The position numbers and the translations under genes are program-made. A DNA stretch of 64,000 nt from Candidatus Latescibacterota bacterium (GTDB lineage: Bacteria > Latescibacterota > UBA2968 > GCA-2709665): assembly GCA_965219995.1 (NCBI GenBank), contig CBDCOX010000002.1, forward strand, positions 896,001 through 960,000, read 5' to 3'. Positions 38,804-49,791 of this stretch are shown here, one piece after another. The notes under the pieces are model-generated. The model had not been told where the DNA came from, ran no database searches, and was given only the letters and a program-made list of their open reading frames with translations. The number at the start of each line of letters is the position of its first letter. The stretch's first letter is position 1.

Positions 38804-39466
38804 TTACCCTGTTTTGTCCTGCAGAGCGGACAATTCGGTTTTGAGGCGTCCGATTTCGCGATTCTTCGCCGCCAGGTCCTCTTTAAATGCCTCGCAGCTG
38901 TTTTCGAGCATCCTGTTTTGATCCTCCAACCGGCTCCGTTCTTCTCCCTGACGGTTCAGTTCTTTTCTGAGCCAATGCGCCGTTAATGCCGCTTCCTCGC
39001 GGGCCTTATCCGCAGCGCGGAGGTTTTCGCGCAACCCATGGATGTCGTCCTTGTATTTACGCGCTTCGGTCCATCCGGATGCGGACGAGGCCTCCAGTTG
39101 GTTCTGGCGTTCACTCAGTGCCCGAAGTTCGGCCGTGCGTTCAGCCAGCGCCCGCTCAACGGCATCCAGTTTGCCGACACGCCGTTGCAACCGGTCGTAA
39201 TCGTCACGCTGGAGTTGAACGAGGGACTGGCTCTGGAGCCCTTCGAGTCTTTCCGGTTCCACTTTTTTTCCATATTTCTTCCTGTAAATTTCCAAAAGAT
39301 CTTCTTTGGGGATTCTCCACGCGCCGTTCCACTTCCGGGCGTTCAGATAATCCCGTTCAATGTAGTTTCGGACCGTTTTCGTGGTCACTTTGAGCAGATT
39401 TGCGGCCTGATCGATGGTAAGATGCTCGGTCCGGACGTCGCTGGATTCGGTCATTGATTGCTCCAT
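38804..39466 (-). CDS. MerR/excisionase-like HTH protein with a long C-terminal coiled coil
   Basis: LTIDQAANLLKVTTKTVRNYIERDYLNARKWNGAWRIP followed by about 130 aa of heptad-rich helix. Confidence 0.8.
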   Translation of the reverse strand: MEQSMTESSDVRTEHLTIDQAANLLKVTTKTVRNYIERDYLNARKWNGAWRIPKEDLLEIYRKKYGKKVEPERLEGLQSQSLVQLQRDDYDRLQRRVGKLDAVERALAERTAELRALSERQNQLEASSASGWTEARKYKDDIHGLRENLRAADKAREEAALTAHWLRKELNRQGEERSRLEDQNRMLENSCEAFKEDLAAKNREIGRLKTELSALQDKTG

Positions 39467-39569
39467 AACTTGAAATTTCTTATTTTTTTCCTAAATTATT
39501 ATAGGAAAATTCATCCCTGAATTCAAGGACGATTCACGATTTTACATCGATTGGAGAGGGAAGACTCAA

Positions 39570-40679
39570 ATGGAAAATGCGGCCCTGAAACACACCCCAC
39601 TCTACCGGCAGCATGTTGAGTTGGGCGCAAAAATGGTGGAATTCGGAGGATGGGAGATGCCCGTCCAGTATACCGGAATCGTTGCGGAACATCGTGCCGT
39701 GCGAACATCCGCGGGGCTGTTCGACGTCAGCCACATGGGCCAGATCCAGGTCTCGGGCACCGGGGCGAGGGATTTCCTGCAATATCTGGCGGCCAACGAC
39801 ATCAGGAAACTGAAGAACGGCAGATGCCAGTATTCCTTTCTTCTGAACGAGCGGGGCGGCACGATTGACGACATGATGGTCTACCGGACCGGTCCGGACG
39901 CTTTCACGCTGGTTGTCAATGCCTCCAACGCGGAAACGGACTGGGCTCACGTGGTATGCGTGGGTGCAGGGCGGAAGGACGTCCATCTGGAGAACAAAAG
40001 CGGCGACCGCGCCCTGCTGGCATTCCAGGGGCCCGCAGCCGGCGGTATTCTGTCGAACCTGACGCCGGACGACGTCGGGGCGATTCGATTCCACGGTGTT
40101 CGGCCGTGTACCGTTGCCGGCCTGCCGGTATGGCTCGCCGCGTCCGGGTATACCGGCGAAAACGGATTTGAGATCTTCGTGGCTTCGAGCGACGTGGAAC
40201 AGCTGTGGCGCGCGCTGCTGAACGCAGGCAGGGATAGAGGGGCGGTGCCGGTCGGCCTGGGAGCCCGCGACACGCTTCGCCTGGAGGCGTCGCTCGCCCT
40301 CTACGGGCACGAACTGGACGAAAATACGTCCCCGCTGGAGGCCAATCTCGGTTTCGCCGTGGCGAAGACCGGTACCTATATCGGTTGCGAAGCGATCCGG
40401 GAGCAGCTGGCGCGAGGCGTCGGCAGGAAACTGGTGATGCTGGAAATGGTCGACAGGGGCATTCCACGCCAGGGCTACGAGATTCACGCGGCAGACGGCG
40501 AGCCCGCCGGCGCGGTCACCAGCGGATCGGTCTCGCCCTGGACCGGAAAGATTATTGCTATGGGCTATGTTGACACCCAGTTGGCGAAACCGGGCCAGGA
40601 ACTGTCTGTTTCCGTCCGCAACCGGCGGCTCCGGGCGAAGGTGGTTCGCAGACCTTATTACCGGCGTCCGGGCAGCTAA
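39570..40679 (+). CDS. gcvT: Glycine cleavage system aminomethyltransferase T
   Basis: TPLY..H...GAKMVEFGGWEMPVQY, EH.AVR, FDVSHMG, GYTGE.GFE, GLGARDTLRLEA, LYGHEL. Confidence 0.95.
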   Translation: MENAALKHTPLYRQHVELGAKMVEFGGWEMPVQYTGIVAEHRAVRTSAGLFDVSHMGQIQVSGTGARDFLQYLAANDIRKLKNGRCQYSFLLNERGGTIDDMMVYRTGPDAFTLVVNASNAETDWAHVVCVGAGRKDVHLENKSGDRALLAFQGPAAGGILSNLTPDDVGAIRFHGVRPCTVAGLPVWLAASGYTGENGFEIFVASSDVEQLWRALLNAGRDRGAVPVGLGARDTLRLEASLALYGHELDENTSPLEANLGFAVAKTGTYIGCEAIREQLARGVGRKLVMLEMVDRGIPRQGYEIHAADGEPAGAVTSGSVSPWTGKIIAMGYVDTQLAKPGQELSVSVRNRRLRAKVVRRPYYRRPGS

Positions 40680-40748
40680 CGACCCCCTACCCCGTCGGTT
40701 GCGTTGTTCCCGCGCACCCGGTCCTGTGTCTTCAACGACTACCCAGGC

Positions 40749-40784
40749 AAAAGGCCCGGAATCGCTGAACGATTCCGGGCCTTT
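40749..40784. terminator. Intrinsic terminator between convergent gcvT and leuS
   Basis: Perfect 15-bp stem AAAGGCCCGGAATCG-CTGAA-CGATTCCGGGCCTTT. Confidence 0.8.
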
Positions 40785-40787
40785 GTC

Positions 40788-43241
40788 TTACGCCACGATA
40801 TTGACGAGGCGATTGGGAACGACAATCACCTTTCTGGGTACCTTGCCTGCCAGATGGTTCCTGACGTTCGGTTGTTCCATCGCCAGCCGCCTGACGTCAT
40901 CGCCTTCCGCATCCACCTCCACCTGGAAACGGGCGCGGACCTTCCCGTTGACCTGTACCGGCATCTGAATGGTGGCCGGACGCGCAAGCTCCTCGTCCCA
41001 TTCTGGCCACGTCTGCTCGTGTACACTGTAGCGTTCGCCGATGCGCTCCCACAGCTCTTCCGACAGATGCGGCGCAAAGGGCGCCAACAGCAGGCACAGC
41101 GACCGGATGGCGTCTTTCCACGCGTCCGATTCGGCGACCGCCGCGGACCTTGCCTTGCCGAGCCGGTTGACGAAGGTCATCAACGCTGCGACGGCCGTGT
41201 TGAAGTCGAAGGTTTCCAGATCCGTGGAGACCTTCTTAATCGCCTGGTGGGTCATCCGCCGCAATTCCATGGTCTCCGCCGGCCCCGGAGGGTTGCCCGG
41301 AGACGCCGCCGGCTCGACGACAAGCGACCAGACCCGGTTCAGAAATCGGGGAACGCCTTCCATGCTCGCCGAGTTCCATGGACCTCCCTGATCCCACCGG
41401 CTGATGAACATCAGGTACGTCCTGACGCTGTCAACGCCATTTGCATCGATGAGTTCGTCCGGATTCACCACGTTGCCCCGGGACTTGCTCATTTTCTCGG
41501 AATCCTCGCCGAGAATGATACCCTGGTTGAAGAGCCGGACCATGGGTTCGGCTTCGTCGGTGGCGATTAACTCCATGTCCCGCATTGCCCGGGTAAAGAA
41601 ACGGGTATAGAGCAGGTGCATCGTGGCGTGCTCGATGCCGCCCGTATACTGATCCACCGGAAGCCAGTACGCCCCTTCTTCCGGATCGAACGGGCCTGCG
41701 GCGAAATGAGGGCTGAGATACCGGTACTGATACCACGAGGAACACATGAACGTATCCATCGTATCGGTTTCCCTCTGCGCCTCCCCACGGCACACCGGGC
41801 ATGTCGTCTGCAGGAATCCGTCGTGGTGTTTCAGTGGAGATTCGCCTGTCGGCAGGAACTCCGCATCGTCCGGCAGCGTCACCGGAAGGTCGCGCTCCGG
41901 AACGGGCACCACGCCGCAGTCGGCGCAGTAGATGATGGGTATGGGGCAACCCCAGTACCGCTGACGCGAAATCAGCCAGTCGTGCAACCGATAGTTGACC
42001 TTGCGCTCTCCGATGCCGCGCGCTTCCAGGTCTTCCGCCACCGAAGTCTTCGCCGCGTCGGAGGGCGTGCCGCTGAACCTTCCGGAATTGACCAGCGTGC
42101 CCTTTCCCTCGTAGGGACGCCGCAGCGCCTGTCCGTCCCAGTCCGGAGGCGCAATGACCGTGGGAACCGGCAAACCGTACCGTTTCGCGAAGCCGAAATC
42201 CCGTTCGTCGTGTCCGGGCACGGCCATGATCGCGCCGGTCCCGTACGTTGTGAGTACATAATCGGCAATATAGATCGGCACCTCGGCGTCGTTCATCGGG
42301 TTGATCGCATACGCGCCCGTAAAGACACCGTCCCGGTCTTTGTCCAGCGACAGCCGGTCGATTTCGGACTGCCGGCCGGCCTTTTCGCGGTACGACGCGA
42401 CGTCGGCCGCCTGAGCCCGGGTTGTAATCGCATCGACGAGGGGGTGTTCCGGCGCCAATACCGCAAACGTTACGCCGAAAATTGTATCCGCGCGCGTGGT
42501 GAACACCCGAAACGACGCCCCGGAACCCTTCACGTTCATTTCAAACTCCACGCCTTCGCTGCGGCCGATCCAGTTGGTCTGCATGGTCTCGACCCGGTCG
42601 GGCCAGTCCACGCCCGAAAAATTCAGCAGCGAATCCGCGTATTTCGTGATCCGGAACAACCACTGATCCAGGTCTTTCTTCACAACGGGCGTATCGCAGC
42701 GTTCGCAGTGGCGATCGTCGCCCCACACCTGCTCCCTGGCAAGCGTGGTATTACAGCGCGGGCACCAGTCTACCGGGGCCTTCTTGCGATAGGCCAGCCC
42801 GTGGCGATAGAACTGGAGGAAGAGCCACTGCGTCCACTTGTAGTATTCCGGCTCGCACGTGATGATTTCCCTGTCCCAATCGAACATGGCGCCCATTCTC
42901 TTCAGGTGGCGCCGCATTCTGTCGACGTTGTCCATGGTCCACTTTGCGGGGTGGATTCCCCGCTCGATGGCGGCATTTTCAGCCGGAAGCCCGAACGCGT
43001 CAAAACCGATCGGGAACAGCACGTTGTACCCTTTCATCCGCATCCACCTGGCGCGAGCGTCGGAAGGCGCCATCGCGTACCAGTGCCCGATGTGCAGGTC
43101 TCCCGAAGTGTACGGCAACATGGTCAGCGCATAGTGCTTGGGCCTGCCTTCCTCAACGGCGCTCTTGTAGACCCCCGTCTCGTCCCAACGCGCGCGCCAC
43201 CGGGACTCGATCGAAGCAAAATCGTATCCGCTCTCAGCCAT
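40788..43241 (-). CDS. leuS: Leucine--tRNA ligase
   Basis: PYTSGDLHIGH, GFDAFGLPAENAA, DWLISRQRYWGCPIP, KMSKS. Confidence 0.97.
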   Translation of the reverse strand: MAESGYDFASIESRWRARWDETGVYKSAVEEGRPKHYALTMLPYTSGDLHIGHWYAMAPSDARARWMRMKGYNVLFPIGFDAFGLPAENAAIERGIHPAKWTMDNVDRMRRHLKRMGAMFDWDREIITCEPEYYKWTQWLFLQFYRHGLAYRKKAPVDWCPRCNTTLAREQVWGDDRHCERCDTPVVKKDLDQWLFRITKYADSLLNFSGVDWPDRVETMQTNWIGRSEGVEFEMNVKGSGASFRVFTTRADTIFGVTFAVLAPEHPLVDAITTRAQAADVASYREKAGRQSEIDRLSLDKDRDGVFTGAYAINPMNDAEVPIYIADYVLTTYGTGAIMAVPGHDERDFGFAKRYGLPVPTVIAPPDWDGQALRRPYEGKGTLVNSGRFSGTPSDAAKTSVAEDLEARGIGERKVNYRLHDWLISRQRYWGCPIPIIYCADCGVVPVPERDLPVTLPDDAEFLPTGESPLKHHDGFLQTTCPVCRGEAQRETDTMDTFMCSSWYQYRYLSPHFAAGPFDPEEGAYWLPVDQYTGGIEHATMHLLYTRFFTRAMRDMELIATDEAEPMVRLFNQGIILGEDSEKMSKSRGNVVNPDELIDANGVDSVRTYLMFISRWDQGGPWNSASMEGVPRFLNRVWSLVVEPAASPGNPPGPAETMELRRMTHQAIKKVSTDLETFDFNTAVAALMTFVNRLGKARSAAVAESDAWKDAIRSLCLLLAPFAPHLSEELWERIGERYSVHEQTWPEWDEELARPATIQMPVQVNGKVRARFQVEVDAEGDDVRRLAMEQPNVRNHLAGKVPRKVIVVPNRLVNIVA

Positions 43242-43265
43242 CTGACGACTCCCTCATCTCATATT

Positions 43266-44561
43266 TTATGGATAAAGCCGCTGCAGCATCCGGGGAAACG
43301 GAATGGTCTCCCGCACGTGCCGCAACCCGCAGATCCAGGCCACGGTCCGTTCGATGCCCAGGCCGAAACCGGCGTGAGGCACCGATCCGTAGCGTCTCAG
43401 GTCCAAATACCACTGGAAAGGGGTTTCGTCAAGTCTGTGTTGGGCGATCTTCCGCCGCAATTCCTCCAGGTTGTCCTCCCGCTGCCCGCCCCCGATGATT
43501 TCTCCGTATCCTTCCGGCGCTAGCATGTCCATGCAAAGCGCCAGCCGGCCGTCGTCCGGGTCCCCCTTCATATAAAAGGCCTTGCACGAGGCCGGATACC
43601 TGTGCACCAGGACCGGACGATCGAACTGTTCCGCCAGAACCGTTTCTTCGTCGCCGCCGAAATCGTCGCCCCACGTGTGCGACACGCTCTGCCGGTTCAG
43701 GATGTCAACCGCTTCCGTATATGAGATCCTGGGAAAGGGCTTCCTCACGCGTTCGAGCGGGGCGACATCCCGTTGCAGCAGCGCCAGTTCCTCACGACAC
43801 CGATCCAGAACCTGCTGAACGACGGTGGTGACGAAGTCCTCCGCCAGATCCATGTCGCCATTCAGGTCCAGGTAGGCCACCTCCGGCTCGACCATCCAGA
43901 ATTCGGTGAGGTGCCGCCGGGTTTTGGACTTCTCGGCTCTGAACGTCGGCCCGAAACAATACACTTTTCCGAAGGCCATCGCGCTGGCCTCCAGATACAG
44001 CTGTCCGCTCTGGGTCAGGTAGGCCTGGTCGTCGAAATAGTCGGTCTGGAAGAGCGTCGTCGTACCCTCGCAAGCCGAAGGCGTAAAAATCGGCGAGTCC
44101 GTAAGTACGAACTCTCTTTCGTCGAAATAGGTCCTGCACGCCCGGATGATCTCGCTTCGCACCCGCAAAATGGCGTGCTGGCGGGAGGAACGCAGCCAGA
44201 GATGGCGATGGTCCATGAGGAAGGCGGTCCCATGCGCTTTGGGCGTAATGGGATAGGGCTCCGACGCGTGAACGACCTCAATATCGGAAACGCCGACCTC
44301 GAAACCCAGAGGTGAGCGTTTGTCCTCGCGAACGACGCCCAATACCCGGAGCGAGGATTCCTGGGTCAGGCCGCTCGAACGCTCGAACACATCGGCCGAC
44401 ACGTCGCCCTTGAACACCACGCATTGCACCACGCCGGTGCCGTCTCTCAGTTGGAGAAAGTGCAGCTTTCCACTGACGCGCTTGTTGTGCAGCCACCCCT
44501 GAAGCAGGACGTCGCGCCCCTGGTACTCGGCGATTCGTGAAATTGAAATGGGTACGGCCAT
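43266..44561 (-). CDS. asnS: Asparagine--tRNA ligase
   Basis: [49 protein letters not shown]; ATG 44561 with RBS. Confidence 0.95.
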   Translation of the reverse strand: MAVPISISRIAEYQGRDVLLQGWLHNKRVSGKLHFLQLRDGTGVVQCVVFKGDVSADVFERSSGLTQESSLRVLGVVREDKRSPLGFEVGVSDIEVVHASEPYPITPKAHGTAFLMDHRHLWLRSSRQHAILRVRSEIIRACRTYFDEREFVLTDSPIFTPSACEGTTTLFQTDYFDDQAYLTQSGQLYLEASAMAFGKVYCFGPTFRAEKSKTRRHLTEFWMVEPEVAYLDLNGDMDLAEDFVTTVVQQVLDRCREELALLQRDVAPLERVRKPFPRISYTEAVDILNRQSVSHTWGDDFGGDEETVLAEQFDRPVLVHRYPASCKAFYMKGDPDDGRLALCMDMLAPEGYGEIIGGGQREDNLEELRRKIAQHRLDETPFQWYLDLRRYGSVPHAGFGLGIERTVAWICGLRHVRETIPFPRMLQRLYP

Positions 44562-44753
44562 CGCGCTCCTCTCCGGACGCGGTCGACGCGTCCGGTTCCC
44601 CTCCTGGACAGCGTCCTGAAACCGAATGCCCTTCGCCCCGGGCAAGGACGCCGTATTCCGGAATGACGGGCTCTCCGTGCAAGTGTCACAAACCAAAAAA
44701 GACGACCGGAAGCTGCCGATCGCCTTATGTCGACCACGGGTTTACCTGGCGGG

Positions 44754-46892
44754 TCAGCGCCGGTGTGGCCTTCTCGGGCCCCGGGATTGGCGCGGCGGCG
44801 GCTCGACGTACCCGGGCGGCGGCTCGAACGTCGCTTTGCGACTAAGTCGAACCTTGCCCTGGTCGTCGATGGAAATCACCTTGACGTCCAGCGTGTCTCC
44901 TTCGGACAGCACGTCTTCGACCTTGTTCACCCGGCGGTAATCCAATTCGGAAATGTGGCAGAGCCCCTCTTTTCCCGGGAGAATCTCGATAAAGGCGCCG
45001 AAGTCCAGCGTTCGCTTTACGGTGCCGTTGTAGACGCGGCCCACCTCCGGGTCTTCCACCAGCGCCTTGATCATCTCCATGGCTTCTTCGCCGGCCCTGG
45101 CGTCGACCGAACTGACCGTTATCAGCCCGTCGTCGTCAACCGCGACGGTGGCGCCCGTCTCTTCGATACTGCGTATGGTCTTCCCGCCAGGGCCGATTAC
45201 CGTGCCGATTTTCGCGGGATCGATATACAGGGACAGGATACGCGGCGCGTACGGCGAAAGCTCCGGCCGCGGACGGCCGATCGCTTCATTCATGATGCCC
45301 AGAATATGGTCCAGCGCACCCCGGGCGCGACCGAACGCCTCCTGCATGATTTCGAAACTGATTCCCTTGATCTTAATGTCCAGCTGAATCGACGTCAGTC
45401 CTTCGGCCGTCCCCGCGATCTTGAGGTCCATATCGCCAAGATGGTCTTCCGCACCGAGAATGTCGGTCAACAGTTCCCAGTCGGAACCGTCGTCTCCCAT
45501 CACCAGACCGACACCCGCGCCGGCAACCGCGGACTTGGTGGGTACTCCCGCGTCCATGAGTGCGAGCGATCCGCCGCACACCGTGGCCATGGACGACGAA
45601 CTGTTCGATTCCAGGATTTCGGAAACGACCCGAATTGTATAGGGAAAGTGCTTCTCATTGGGCACGACCGGGACCAGCGCCTTTTCCGCGAGGACGCCGT
45701 GTCCGATCTCACGCCGTCCGGGCGCGCCGATCCGGCGGGTTTCCCCCACGCTGTACGACGGGAAGTTGTAGTCCAGCATGAAACTCTTGTAGGACATTCC
45801 CTCCAGATCGTCCACCATCCGGGTATCCAGCTTGCTGCCCAGCGTGGCCACGCACAGCGCCTGGGTCTGACCCCTCGTAAACACGGCCGACCCGTGAGCG
45901 CGCGGCAATACTCCGAGTTCAACCTGAACCGGCCGGACTTCGTCCAGGGCGCGTCCGTCGATCCGGCGCCCCTCTTCCAGGATCATCCGGCGCATCTCCG
46001 CCTTGACGATGGTGCCGATTTCCGCGGCGATTTCCGCACGTGATTCCGGATACTCCGTTTCCAGGGACTCCTGTGTATCGGCTTCGATCTGTGCGATGAC
46101 GTTCGACCTGTCGTCTTTCTCGGACAGCCGGTTCGCCTCTCTGATGCGCTCTGCCGCGTGCGCCCTCACCGCTTCTTCGAGCGCTTCATCAGGTTCGGGA
46201 GCCACGACCTCGCGTTTCGGTTTTCCGCATCTGGCGACCAGGTCCTCCTGCAGTTCGACCAGCCTCGCGATGGCTTCCTGACCTGCCCGCAACGCGCCCA
46301 GCACGTCGGCGTCGGGCGCCTCGTGGCATTCGCCTTCAACGGAAATGATCGATTCCTTATTTCCCGATACGATGATGTTGATGTCGCTCTCGTCCAGCTG
46401 TTCGTACGTCGGATTGATCACGTACTCGCCGTTTATTCGTCCCACCTTCACGGCGCCGATCGGTCCTTCGAACGGAATGTCGGAGATACAGACGGCCGCG
46501 GACGCGCCGGTCATCGCCAGCACGGCAGGATCGTTTTCTTCATCGAACGACAGCACGGTGACCAGTACCTGCGTTTCCACGCCCCGCTTCAGAAACAGGG
46601 GCCGAATCTGGTGGTCGATCAGCCTGGCGCTCAACTTTTCCGTTGTGGAAGGCGCGCCCTCCCGCTTGAAGAAATTCCCGGGAATCCTGCCGCTTGCGTA
46701 GAATTTCTCCCTATAGTCCACCGTTAACGGGAAGAAGTCCAAATCGGACTCTCTGGTATCCGCCACTGTCGCCACGAGCACGACTGTTTCGCCGTATTGC
46801 ATCCACACGGCGCCGTGGGCCTGTTTGGCCACGCGACCGGTTTCGATGGATAACGTCCTTCCTTCCAGTTCCAGTTCTAATTTTTCTGCCAT
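44754..46892 (-). CDS. pnp: Polyribonucleotide nucleotidyltransferase
   Basis: DFFPLTVDYREK, FTRGQTQ, RREIGHG, DHLGDMDLK, KH and S1 domains. Confidence 0.97.
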   Translation of the reverse strand: MAEKLELELEGRTLSIETGRVAKQAHGAVWMQYGETVVLVATVADTRESDLDFFPLTVDYREKFYASGRIPGNFFKREGAPSTTEKLSARLIDHQIRPLFLKRGVETQVLVTVLSFDEENDPAVLAMTGASAAVCISDIPFEGPIGAVKVGRINGEYVINPTYEQLDESDINIIVSGNKESIISVEGECHEAPDADVLGALRAGQEAIARLVELQEDLVARCGKPKREVVAPEPDEALEEAVRAHAAERIREANRLSEKDDRSNVIAQIEADTQESLETEYPESRAEIAAEIGTIVKAEMRRMILEEGRRIDGRALDEVRPVQVELGVLPRAHGSAVFTRGQTQALCVATLGSKLDTRMVDDLEGMSYKSFMLDYNFPSYSVGETRRIGAPGRREIGHGVLAEKALVPVVPNEKHFPYTIRVVSEILESNSSSSMATVCGGSLALMDAGVPTKSAVAGAGVGLVMGDDGSDWELLTDILGAEDHLGDMDLKIAGTAEGLTSIQLDIKIKGISFEIMQEAFGRARGALDHILGIMNEAIGRPRPELSPYAPRILSLYIDPAKIGTVIGPGGKTIRSIEETGATVAVDDDGLITVSSVDARAGEEAMEMIKALVEDPEVGRVYNGTVKRTLDFGAFIEILPGKEGLCHISELDYRRVNKVEDVLSEGDTLDVKVISIDDQGKVRLSRKATFEPPPGYVEPPPRQSRGPRRPHRR

Positions 46893-46969
46893 CCACTCCT
46901 TCTCCTCAACAAGATTGAAAGTTCCTCAGCCTGCTGCCGCGGCCAGTTCTCGTTTCTTGCCGCAGGCAC

Positions 46970-47239
46970 TCAGCCACGTATTCCGAGTTTGCCAATAAGA
47001 GCACGATATCCGGCCAGATCCCGGCGCTGCATATAACTCAGAAAACGCCGGCGCTGGCCAACCAGTTTGAGCAGCCCGCGGCGGGAATGGTGATCTTTTC
47101 TGTGCCGCCGGGCGTGATCGGTCAACATTCTGATCCGTTCCGTCAAGAGCGCGATCTGCACTTCGACGGACCCGGTATCTCTGGCGGATTGACCGAAGGA
47201 CTCCACCAATTCGCCCTTCTTTTCCTTTTCTAAACCCAA
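46970..47239 (-). CDS. rpsO: 30S ribosomal protein S15
   Basis: [33 protein letters not shown]. Confidence 0.97.
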   Translation of the reverse strand: MGLEKEKKGELVESFGQSARDTGSVEVQIALLTERIRMLTDHARRHRKDHHSRRGLLKLVGQRRRFLSYMQRRDLAGYRALIGKLGIRG

Positions 47240-48186
47240 TGCTGTTCCTCCGTGTGATGATCCAGCTCCTTTGCCAGAATGTCACGGGCACGCTGCCCGT
47301 CCGCATGAATTTGCGAAATAAGCGCTTCCGGATTCCCAAACCGGAGTTCGCCGCGCAGGCGACCCACCAGTTCCAGGGTTATCCGGCGTCCGTAAAGATC
47401 CCCGTCGAAATCCAGGAGGTGGGCCTCCAACTGTCTGTTTTTCCCGTTGAAAGTAGGACGTACGCCGAGGTTTGCAACGGCCGCGTACCGTTCGGGGACG
47501 CACGCCATTGCCGCATAGACGCCATCCGGCGGCAGGAGCTTCCCCGGTTCGTCCGGCACAATATTGGCGGTCGGAAACCCTAGTTGACGCCCGCGGCCGT
47601 CACCGGGCGTCACACGGCCTGAAACAGGATATCCGTCTCCCAGCATCTCACCGGCCTTGTCGATTTTCCCCCTCCCGACCAGATCGCGAATCCGGCTGCT
47701 GCTGACCGGACGGTCCCCCACAATCACGGGCGGCACGACGGAAACCTCGAAACCGAACCGGCCGCCAAGCGCACGCATGGTTTCGGGATCGCCGCTGCGG
47801 TCCTTGCCGAACCCATGATCGTAGCCAAGCACGACGACCCTCGCTCCCAGATAATTCGCCAGATAGGTCGATACAAATGCTTCCGGACTCAGGATCTGTA
47901 CCTTCCGAGTAAAGGGAATGACCGCCAGCACGTCGATACCGGCATCCGCGAGACGTCGCCGTTTTTCATCCAGCGACGTCAGAACGCCCGGCGGCGCCGC
48001 GGGATGGATGACGGCCCGCGGATGTGGATCGAAGGTGACGGCAACCGCGGCGCCCGACCTCTCCCGCGCCGTGGCGACAACGGCTTCAATCACCGCCCGA
48101 TGGCCGCGGTGAACACCGTCGAATGTGCCAACCGTAACCACCGCGTTGTCGATTGCCAGCGTCTGATTTAACGTCCGCGTCTGCAT
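47230..48186 (-). CDS. ribF: Riboflavin kinase / FAD synthetase
   Basis: [45 protein letters not shown]. Confidence 0.95.
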   Translation of the reverse strand: MQTRTLNQTLAIDNAVVTVGTFDGVHRGHRAVIEAVVATARERSGAAVAVTFDPHPRAVIHPAAPPGVLTSLDEKRRRLADAGIDVLAVIPFTRKVQILSPEAFVSTYLANYLGARVVVLGYDHGFGKDRSGDPETMRALGGRFGFEVSVVPPVIVGDRPVSSSRIRDLVGRGKIDKAGEMLGDGYPVSGRVTPGDGRGRQLGFPTANIVPDEPGKLLPPDGVYAAMACVPERYAAVANLGVRPTFNGKNRQLEAHLLDFDGDLYGRRITLELVGRLRGELRFGNPEALISQIHADGQRARDILAKELDHHTEEQHWV

Positions 48187-48191
48187 CCGGT

Positions 48192-49112
48192 TCAACTTTC
48201 CGGCCGGCAAAGCACCCGCACGGGCTTCAATATCCCGTCGTCGGCCTTCCAACGCCCGATTCCGAGCAACACCCCCTCGGGATACAGTGCCCTTGCGAGC
48301 TGACCGGACTCGAGGGCGGTTCCACCCTTTACATTGGCGACAGCATTGCCGTGAATGAAACAACCGGCCTGAGCCGCGTTCAGATTGAGACGCGGCAGGT
48401 CGGGCAGTAACCGGTTTGGATCCACCAGATACGGCTGGAGTTCCTCACTCGACGAGACCGAATCGAGGCACGGGAGGGTTACGCACTCGTCGATATGGAC
48501 AGGACCGGCGGACGTGCGTCTCAATCCGGCCAGATACGCCCCGCAACCCAGTTCACGGCCGATATCGTCGGCCAGTGTGCGGATATACGTGCCTTTCGAA
48601 CAGGAGACCGTCAGGTGTAACTCGGGAGGACTGAAATCTTCAATATCGATTTTGAATATGTGAACGCGAGACGGTCGACGGGCGACCTCCGCACCCGCCC
48701 GCGCCAATCGGTACAACCGCCTGCCATCCACCTTACGGGCCGAAAACATCGGCGGAATCTGTTCAATATCACCAACGAAAGAACCCACCGCGCTTTGCAC
48801 GACCGAAACGACGGCGGGAACCTGGTCGCACCGCGCCACGACTTCGCCCTCCGCGTCGAGGGTGCTTGTGCGGATTCCGAGCCGGATATGCGCGGAATAG
48901 GTCTTGTCGTGACTCGCGAGATAGGAACTGAGCCGGGTGGCGCGGCCCAGGCACAACACCAGAACACCGGTCGCCAGCGGGTCCAGAGTGCCCGTGTGCC
49001 CCACTTTCCGGATGTTCAGCCGACGTCGAATGCGATCTACCACGTCGTGAGACGTCAGATCCGGAGGCTTGTCGATGGGCAACACGCCTGTGACGTCGAT
49101 TCCGACCTCCAT
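48192..49112 (-). CDS. truB: tRNA pseudouridine(55) synthase
   Basis: KVGHTGTLDPLATGVL, QIPPMFSA, CSKGTYIRTL. Confidence 0.96.
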   Translation of the reverse strand: MEVGIDVTGVLPIDKPPDLTSHDVVDRIRRRLNIRKVGHTGTLDPLATGVLVLCLGRATRLSSYLASHDKTYSAHIRLGIRTSTLDAEGEVVARCDQVPAVVSVVQSAVGSFVGDIEQIPPMFSARKVDGRRLYRLARAGAEVARRPSRVHIFKIDIEDFSPPELHLTVSCSKGTYIRTLADDIGRELGCGAYLAGLRRTSAGPVHIDECVTLPCLDSVSSSEELQPYLVDPNRLLPDLPRLNLNAAQAGCFIHGNAVANVKGGTALESGQLARALYPEGVLLGIGRWKADDGILKPVRVLCRPES

Positions 49113-49166
49113 TCCGGTGCGACTATTGTGCGCTGTAAACAGGTTACGTGAATCCGGGACAGAGCA

Positions 49167-49505
49167 TTACGTCTTCAAGTCATCCAGCAGCCTGTCGATT
49201 CTGCTTGCCCGCTCCAGCGTGTGATCCAGCTCGAATTCCAGTTCCGGCACGTGTCGAAGCCGGATCCTTCCGCCCAGTTCCCTGCGCAGAAACGACATCG
49301 CGCGCTGGAGGATCTTCATGCTCGTGTCGCGCGTCTCTCCCTCCCCCATCACGCTGACGTATACCCGCGCGAATTTCAGATCCCGTGTCACCCTGACGCC
49401 AGTGACGGTAACGTAGCCCAGGCGAGGATCCTTGATATGCCGGTGGATCAGGTCACTCAACTCTTCCTGTATCTGCCGACCTACGCTCTCGGCGCGCCAC
49501 ATCAC
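49167..49505 (-). CDS. rbfA: Ribosome-binding factor A
   Basis: IKDPRLG.VTVT.V.VT.DL..ARVYVS, VPELEF..D. Confidence 0.95.
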   Translation of the reverse strand: MMWRAESVGRQIQEELSDLIHRHIKDPRLGYVTVTGVRVTRDLKFARVYVSVMGEGETRDTSMKILQRAMSFLRRELGGRIRLRHVPELEFELDHTLERASRIDRLLDDLKT

Positions 49506-49783
49506 ATCAATTCCAGTGAATAGTCGATGAGTTCGACCCGATGGTCACGCTGTACCTGGTCCACGACCTTGGAAAGCACGCGATTGACGTAACGGGATTC
49601 ATTCGCTACCATAACCACACCGACTTCCGCCTTCTGCCAGAGTTCGTTATGGCCGACCTCCGAAACGGATACGTTGTATTTCGCCCGGATCCGTTGCCGA
49701 AGGCTCTCCAGAACCCGGCGTTTTCCCTTCAGCGAACCGCTCGAAGGCAGATATAGATCCAGACGACAAAGCCCGACGGTCAT
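49502..49783 (-). CDS. DUF503 (YlxP-like) protein
   Basis: SLKGKRRVL.SL...IR.KYNVSVSEV...LWQ; usual position between infB and rbfA. Confidence 0.9.
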   Translation of the reverse strand: MTVGLCRLDLYLPSSGSLKGKRRVLESLRQRIRAKYNVSVSEVGHNELWQKAEVGVVMVANESRYVNRVLSKVVDQVQRDHRVELIDYSLELM

Positions 49784-49791
49784 AGCTTCAG

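Noticed and set aside
39467-39569. Glycine riboswitch before gcvT
   Set aside because: The region is only about 100 bp and AT-rich; GGAGAG is more simply part of the RBS region and no aptamer structure is seen
39570-40679. gcvT without gcvH/gcvP as a novelty
   Set aside because: Split gcv loci are common; the partners probably lie elsewhere in the genome
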